NCBI RefSeq assembly: GCF_009914755.1
Contig: NC_060937.1
Reading direction: 5' to 3' (one strand)
From: the human T2T-CHM13v2.0 reference genome, Homo sapiens
Length of the DNA: 64,000 nt
The notes under the pieces were generated by a model that saw nothing but the letters and a program-made list of their open reading frames with translations, was not told where the DNA came from and searched no databases. Positions 56,628-64,000 of the stretch are shown here, in pieces; the first letter of the stretch is position 1, and every line of letters begins with the position of its first letter. Both the position numbers and the translations under genes were made by a program.

Positions 56628-57673
56628 CAGTTGATTCTTGAACAATGCTGAGGTTAGGGTAACATAGCCCCTGCATAGCTGAAAATTCAACTATAACTTT
56701 TGACTACCCCAAAAGCCAAGTACTAATAGCCTACTGTTCACCAGAAGCCTTACAATAACATAAACAGTCAATTAACACACATTTTTTCTGGTGTATGTAT
56801 TACATACCATACACTTATGACAAAATAAGCTAGAGAAAAGAAAATGTTATTAAGAAAATCATAAGAAAGAGAAAATATGTTTACAGTACTATACTGTATT
56901 TATTGATACTGTAAGTCTATATCATCTGTTTATGTGATGAATCCTCTGTAATCACTGCAATCATAGCTGCAGACCTCAGTCTATGGAACATATCCAGCAA
57001 TTCAACTTTTTCTTATGTCATGGCTTTTCTATGCTTCTTGGGAGCACTTCCAGCATCATTAGTGGCACTTTGTACGGGTCCCATGCTGTTATTCAAGGTT
57101 TATGGTATTGCGCCAAACATGATGAAAGACACACAAAAACCACGAGAGATCATTTTTCACTGTGATACGCAATTTACTGGAGAGATGAACTGCTCACATG
57201 GAGATGATTAGAGTCACATGGCGTTTTAAGCGGATACTTGCAACACTCGAGCTCACCTCAATAACAACGGGAGGTAGCTGCAAAATTATTACAGTAGTAC
57301 AGTATGCAATTCAGGAAATTTTATGTAGTTATAATTTAATACGGCATCTTAATTTTTTTTTACATTTCTCTCTACTGCAAATGGAGCTATATATGATCTG
57401 TGATTATGTGCATCAGTTTTGATATATTTTTAACTTTTAATAATAGATTTTTATAAATTTATAGTAGTAAAAGATAAAATAGACTAGCAGCTATATATAT
57501 TTTTTCATTCATAACATATTTTTTCTTATTTTAAAAAATATTTCTATTCTATGCAGTTCAAGTTTTTCAGATTGTTAAAAATCTCCAATAAATGGTTCCC
57601 ATATATTTATGGAAAAAATCTGCATATAAGTGGGCCCACACATTTCAAACTTGTGTTGTTCAAAGGTCAACTG
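56628..57673 (-). mobile_element. Tigger2b-like non-autonomous DNA transposon, complete
   Basis: TIRs CAGTTGATTCTTGAACAA / TTGTTCAAAGGTCAACTG, TA TSD on both sides, ~1.05 kb. Confidence 0.88.
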
Positions 57674-57699
57674 TAATTTATTTTTATACAAATATGCAC

Positions 57700-58300
57700 A
57701 AACAATTTAGTGGTTCCCTCAACCATTTTTCCTTAATGCAACATTTTACATTACCACTGTAATATTGTCAAAACCAAACAAAAACAAAAACAAAACATTA
57801 GTACACTACTAGTAACTAAATTCTTAATAATGATTTCAAGTTTTTACACTGACATTCTTTTTCTGTTCCATGATCCAAGTCAACAGGCCACATTAGTCAT
57901 ATTTCCTTAGCTTCCTCTGGTCTGTAACAGTTTTCAGTCTTTCATAGTTTTCTATTATTTATGATTGGAGGAGTACTTCTGATCAGATATTCTGTATAAT
58001 GTTTCTCTAAATTTGGGATTGTCTGGTATTTTTCTGGCATTATGCTATGCTTCATATGCTATGCTCATAATTTTCTGCTGCAGACTAAAATCAGCTACCT
58101 CTTTAAGAAGTCCTGATTCCTTTTATTGGAGAATGGTACTTAGAAAACAAAGTCTGAGCTTGGGGTGTGTTAATTGTTATACCATATACCATAGGACAGG
58201 CCTAAGGTATATTTATGTATATACTAACCCATGTGTGTACATATAGCTATTATTATTTCTGTATCTTTCCCTTTGTACATACATTAGTTAGGCCAGTTTC
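57700..58300 (-). mobile_element. L1MB/MC 3'UTR fragment
   Basis: CTTTTTCTGTTCCATGATCCA, TCCTTTTATTGGAGAATGGTACTTAGAAAACAA. Confidence 0.6.
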
Positions 58301-59559
58301 ATCCTTTCCCACTTGCTCCCACTGACTTCATGTTAGTATGATCAGTTTCCCCTGTAATCCCATGGTTTTATTTTATGCAAGTTAATTTTTTTCAGAAGAG
58401 ATCCATGGGCTTCACTGGACTATCAAAAATACCATCATACAAAAGATTAATAAATTCTGGCATTAGAACATGTTTTTATGCTGATGTGAAAAATCTAATG
58501 AAAAACAGCAAACGATTTTTTAAATATGATAAAGAGATCTATCTATGCAAAGGCAAAGATTTGGAAAAAGCAATAGATAATGTGATCTAGAGCATTAAGT
58601 GGATGAGTTGAAGCAAAACAAAGTCTTTTTTACATTATAGCAAATATAAAGACAAAGGACTTGGATAAAGTTGAAAAGATTTTTATGAAGGAAAATACAA
58701 TGTGAAGTTAATAGGAGTAGGATTGGGTAGCTATGTTGGAAATTTGATAAGAGTAGATAATTTGAAATTAGTTTTTGGGAAAAGAAATCTTAAAATAAAA
58801 ATATATATTTGAATTATCACGTAATGTTGAGAGCCTATTAATGTAAAGAGAACTAAGTCAAAATTATTTGTGGTTTTTTTTGTTTGTTTGTTCGCTTTAC
58901 AAAATCCAACTGCTTATGTGAAAAACAGATTAAAACAGATTAGGGATTTTTGAGGTAAGTATACTGGAAAGAAGGCCAAGGCAGTTGAGTCCATTTAAAA
59001 GAATGACTATAAATATATTCCACTGGAAAAGATTAATAAAAAGAAATAAAGTGAGATCATCAATGTCCTGGCAAAAAGTGAAGAATTGAGCATGTTGGAT
59101 TGGGAATCTCAATGAAGATAAAAAATTGATTCACTTGAAGTAATAGCATAATGGAATATTGGACTATGATGGAATTAGAATGATGGAATATGATAGAATA
59201 TTGAAGATAGAGACTGGAAAAGCTGAAATCAATAATTTGTAGTTGAGCAGTTTCTGATTAGATGTGAAGAATTAACGCAACTAAGATGATAAAGTCCTGA
59301 CTATCTTTGAACTTTTTATTTCCTGAAAATAAGAAGAAGGATCAGGATAAATAAATAAATTAGGATTCATTATTAGAAATTATCAGAATGATGGCAAATG
59401 TCAAGAAGAAGAAACTTTGTTTCCAAAGTAATAGGCTTGGCCTTTTAGCATTGGTTTGATAACAGAGATGTAAGAATTTACTTTTCCAAGAGGTAATAAA
59501 AAACCTGAGAATAACTTCCCCTTCTGAAAACATTAGTAAAGACAGATAAAGAGAAAGCA

Positions 59560-60885
59560 ATAGATTGGAAGAATCAATATTATTAAAATTCCCATACTAC
59601 CAGAGCAATCTGGAAATTCAATGCAATCCCAATGAAAATTTTAATGATTTTTTCACATAAATAGGTAAAACAATCCTAAATTTGTGTTGAACAACGCAAG
59701 ATGCTAAATAATCAAAGCAATATTAAGCAAGTAAAACAATGCTGCAGACATCATACTATTTGATTTTAAAATAAACTACAAAATATAGTAATCAAAGGAG
59801 CATTGTACTGGCATAAAAAGGACAAAAAGACCTATGGAGGAGAATAGAGAGCCCAGAAATAAATCCATACATTTAAGACCAATTTTTTTTCAGCAAAAAT
59901 GCCAGTAATATACAATGGGTAAATGACAGTATTTTCAATAAATGAAATTGGAAAAACTTGATATCCACATGCAGAATAATGAACTTAGACCTCATGTCAT
60001 ATCATATACAAAATTCAGCTAGAAATGGATTAAAAACTTAAACATAAGACTTCAAACTATAAAAAACTATTACAAGAAAATACAGAGGAAAATCTCTGTC
60101 ATTGGTCTGGCTAACGATGTTTTGAATATGTACCCAAAAGCAAAGACAACAAAGGCAAAAATAGACAAATGGGATTATATTAATCTCATTGGCAAATGAT
60201 AAGAAAAATAAACTATAAGTATTTCCAATGTAATGGAATTGGCCTGTTAGTACTGGTTTTATGACAGAGATGTAAGAAGACATGTTCTTCCAAGTAGTAA
60301 AGAAGCTAAAAAGACTGTTGATGGATGGGTAAAGAAAATATGGTCTAAGTACAAAATGACGTGACATTCAGCCTTAAGAAATAAGGAAATCCTCTCATTT
60401 GTGACAAAAACGGATGAACTTGGAGGACATTATATTCAGTGAAATACGGCAGGTTCAGAAATATAAATAAGATCTCATTTATTTTTGTAATCTTAAAAAG
60501 TTGAACTCATAGAAACAGAAAGTCTAATGGTATTTACCTTATGCTGAGGATTTAGGGCACTGGGGCAAGGAGATTTTGGTGAAGGGATATGAAATTTTTG
60601 TTAGAAAAAAACTTCAAGAGATCTACTGCACATGACTATGTTAATAACAATATATTGACTACAGTTAATTACAATGATGATGACTATAGTTAATAACAAT
60701 ATACTTCATACTTGAAAATGATAAGAAAGTAAATTTTATATTCTCACCAAAAAATATGTGAGGTAACATATATGTTAATTAGCATGATTTAGCCATTTCA
60801 CAATATATACATATATCAAATTATACACCATAAATATATACAATATTTATTTATTAGCTTAAGTGCATAAATACACAAATAAATG
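59560..60885 (+). mobile_element. L1MA 3' fragment with an internal deletion filled by non-L1 DNA
   Basis: ORF2 3' region 59560-60187 (GATTGGAAGAATCAATATT...AAATAGACAAATGGGATTATAT). L1 resumes ~60318 with an L1MA-type 3'UTR (TGTGAGGTAACATATATGTTAATTAGC). Confidence 0.82.
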
Positions 60886-61475
60886 AAGTAATATATCTTG
60901 TTTTAAAAATATGACCTTTACAATTTTAGGAGAGAAGTCTAAATATATTCATAAAGGCAACAATTGATTTCTAAGAAATCTGGAGACCTTTGATATAAAT
61001 AGCACATAAAACAGAATGATTGGCTCTGCTTAATGAACCTGCTGATGCAAATTTTAAAAGCGTTGAGGTTAATTCAATTATTCTTTAAAAAACTCGTAAA
61101 TATGTAAATTTTATGGCATCATAGGTTTTTGTTAAGGAAAATGAAGAGTACAAATTAAGCTTCTTATGTAGAAACTAGTGCAGTATAGGAAGTAATTCAA
61201 CAGTTTCTCAGTTTTACCAAATGAAGTTTTTGATGATTAATGCCCTTTACTGAAGAAAATGTATATTTTAATATATTAATTATACTAAATATGTATACAT
61301 TATATAATATTTTAGTAAATAATAGGCTCATATTTTATTTAAAATCTTCTTTGGAAGGTCAACTGAAATTTAAAGTTCCAGCCAAGAAAAGTATAAAACA
61401 CTACATGTGTAAAATGACAAATGATTTTTTTAACCTGAGCAGTAGGGCTACTGAGGGGAAATCAGTAAGCAAAAC

Positions 61476-61518
<43 letters not shown>
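61476..61518. repeat. (AGAT)10 tetranucleotide STR
   Basis: Perfect uninterrupted run. Confidence 0.97.
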
Positions 61519-62660
61519 AAAAATATTAATTAATAGAAACAGGTGGTTGAAAAGATAGAAAGAAATGAAACAATTATCAAACAGAATTTGTTTGCTAATT
61601 TTTTAGAAAAATAGTGTGTCTACAATATTTCCAAACACAAAATAACAATTTCTATTTACTGTTTTCAGATTCTTATCTTCTTGTAATTTTCAATGTTATA
61701 CACCATTTTCATAACTGAGAAAAATATTTTGAGTAAAACACAAATAAATATAACAAGTTAACATTAAGAGGCAATATGACTACCAAGTTACATTTATTTA
61801 CCTGACCACATAAAATTAAAACTTACCTTTTAATAGCATTAATGAGAGTTTCCACTATTTATAAGCTTCAGCCATTCAGTGGTAATTAGCATGGAGGTGT
61901 TATTCACTCTTGTCCTAATACAGGTTTCCTTTTAACCTCTCTTAAAGGTCTTGCTATTTTTTGCTTCATTACTTTGCTTTATTGAACATTATATGACATG
62001 GCAAGCAATTAAGTATGATTGTATAGGAAATTAAATCAGCAAAAGTGCATTAATGGTCAAGTTTAAATACATAGAAGCAACAAAATTGAATTAAAGGTGG
62101 CAGTTCTATATTTAACTTATCTTATTTTGTCCAGGTATTATAGAATGTAAAATGTGTTAAATTATTCATGCTTTGAAGATCATAAAAATACTTCTTCACA
62201 GTGAATTTAGTTGATGGTAATGCTTAAAATCCTGTCATGAAAGGGTCATATTGTCATTATTTAGTAATATAACCAGGGTTAGTTTTTATTTGTTTGCCTT
62301 ATTCCTGGGGATAAATTGTAAATGGACAAAAATACCTAAGTGTATATGCAGTGTTCACTGAATTATCTATTTTCAACATATAAAATTGAATATTTGAATG
62401 TTATATCACTGTTCATTGTATTTTCGTTTTTGCTTTTCATTTTACAGAATGCTTGGTTTAGTGAAAATAATACTGGAAAATAAATCAGGACTAGAGATAA
62501 AATATTTTTATTGCTTATTTAAATTATTTTATATATTAAAAATGAACGGATAATTTTCTAAAATACAAGTTATGAGTACTTATTCACGAAGAAAATAAAC
62601 CTGAAGAGACTAAATTTTTTTAAATTTATAAGATATTATTTATATAAATACCTCAGCCCA

Positions 62661-62970
62661 GGATGGATACTGTGACTCAGGCCTCTAATCCCAGCATTCT
62701 GGGAGGCCAAAGTGGAAGGATCACTTGAGCCAGGAGTTTGAGACCAGCCCAGGTAACACGGTGACACCATGTCTCCACAAAAAATAAAAAAAAAATAAAA
62801 ATTAGTCTGGCCTCCTGGCATGCACCTGTGGTTCCACCTACTCAGGAGGCTGAGGTGGGAGGATAGCTTGAGCCCAGAAGGTCAAGGCTACAATGAACTC
62901 TGTTTGCACCACTGCTCTCCAGCCTGGATAAAAGAGTAAGACCTTACCTCAAAAAAAAAAAAAAAAAAAA
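62661..62970 (+). mobile_element. AluJ
   Basis: GGATCACTTGAGCCAGGAG, A20 tail, TSD CTCA(G/A)CCCA. Confidence 0.9.
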
Positions 62971-63329
62971 AGGGGGTCTCAACCCAGATGGCTTCTTCAA
63001 TATTTATTCAAACATTCTAATGTAATAAAATTATCTGCCTAAAAATGGATCATACAATATATATAAAATGGAAAATACTAAATACATTTTTGATTCTGGC
63101 ATATAAAGTCTGTTATAAAAATCAGGTCAAACAGAAAAACAAACAATAATACAAAAAGTACAGAATAGTTACAAGTGATAGGTAGGACTTTTATCTGCTA
63201 GATAAATTTTTGGGTAAATACTGACAAGGCATGAAAATGAACCACTTTATTAATGACCTATAAGTATTAGTACAATCTCTTTTCCACTCCTTTAAATAAT
63301 AATTTTACATTTTCTCTTTTCTTCTCAAA

Positions 63330-63870
63330 CTTCCAACATATCCTCACCCTTTCTTAGCTAATGACTATCATATTTTACTGAGAAAACTGAAAAAGTTGAA
63401 TTTTTACAAACATTCACCACTCCTTTGCCACTTTGGTCTGTTCCCATATCCTCTATATTTGTGATATCATAGATGAAATAGCTTTGTTCCTTGCTAGGTT
63501 AAAATACCGGTTTTTCAGAAAATTCTATTAAAGGACATTGCTTAGTAATTCTTTCTTTTCTTTGTTATTATTTTGTTTTACTCTCTTCTAATTACATCCC
63601 ATCTTTGGCATCCTACTTCACTCAGCAAATGAAGTCTACCTTGTGTGATGTGGCTCCCTTGCCACTATTACGTTCTGTGACATTCTGTGACATCATCTCC
63701 CACCACTCCCTGCTCTCATTCACCTTATTCCAGCCATTCTGGCTTTTTTGCTTTCTTCTTGGAACATTCTAGGCGTTCTCTTATAAGGTGTTCTCCCATT
63801 TGGTGTTTCTTCTGCCTGAAATGCTTTGCTCTACATAGCTGCATGTTTGAATACTTCCCATCTGAATTTT
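63330..63870 (+). mobile_element. L2 fragments
   Basis: ATATTTTACTGAGAAAACTGAA; CTCCCTGCTCTCATTCACCTTATTCCAGCCATTCTGGC...TTCTGCCTGAAATGCT. Confidence 0.55.
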
Positions 63871-64000
63871 GTGTGACAATGAATTCTTGACAAATTAATG
63901 TATTTCAACTTTGTAGCATGAATCTAATGTCATCTGGAAAATGTAGGCTAGAATAGATAAAAGATTAAAAATATGAGAAATTTTGCCTAATAAATGTTGA

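Noticed and set aside
59145-59215. Degenerate ATGGAAT(A/T) repeats resembling satellite III
   Set aside because: Only a few imperfect units, consistent with local slippage.

Overview
AT-rich primate (human-like, catarrhine) intergenic or intronic DNA. I can see no intact protein-coding gene, RNA gene or CpG island. The supplied ORFs are transposon read-throughs, microsatellite translations or chance ORFs. A large share of the window is interspersed repeat: 14 Alus (J, S and Y), old L1M elements, two 5'-inverted (twin-primed) L1PA insertions, L2/MIR fragments, Tigger/Charlie DNA transposons, and solo LTRs (THE1, MLT1/MST, LTR33, LTR17/HERV-W, MER52-like). It also holds a two-LTR HERV-L/MLT2A1 provirus with a perfect TGGTA target-site duplication (TSD) and no gag-pro-RT. 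The items most worth checking are: (1) a 1.3-kb unexplained, partly coding-like segment bracketed by a 90-bp ~89%-identical direct repeat plus A-tracts, possibly a retrocopy with an unusually long TSD; (2) a G-to-A pattern in HERV-L pol that may be APOBEC3 editing; (3) DUX4-type sites in the MLT2A1 LTRs; (4) two further short local duplications. Repeat subfamily names come from my recall of consensus sequences and need RepeatMasker/Dfam confirmation. I found no convincing novel multi-gene system.
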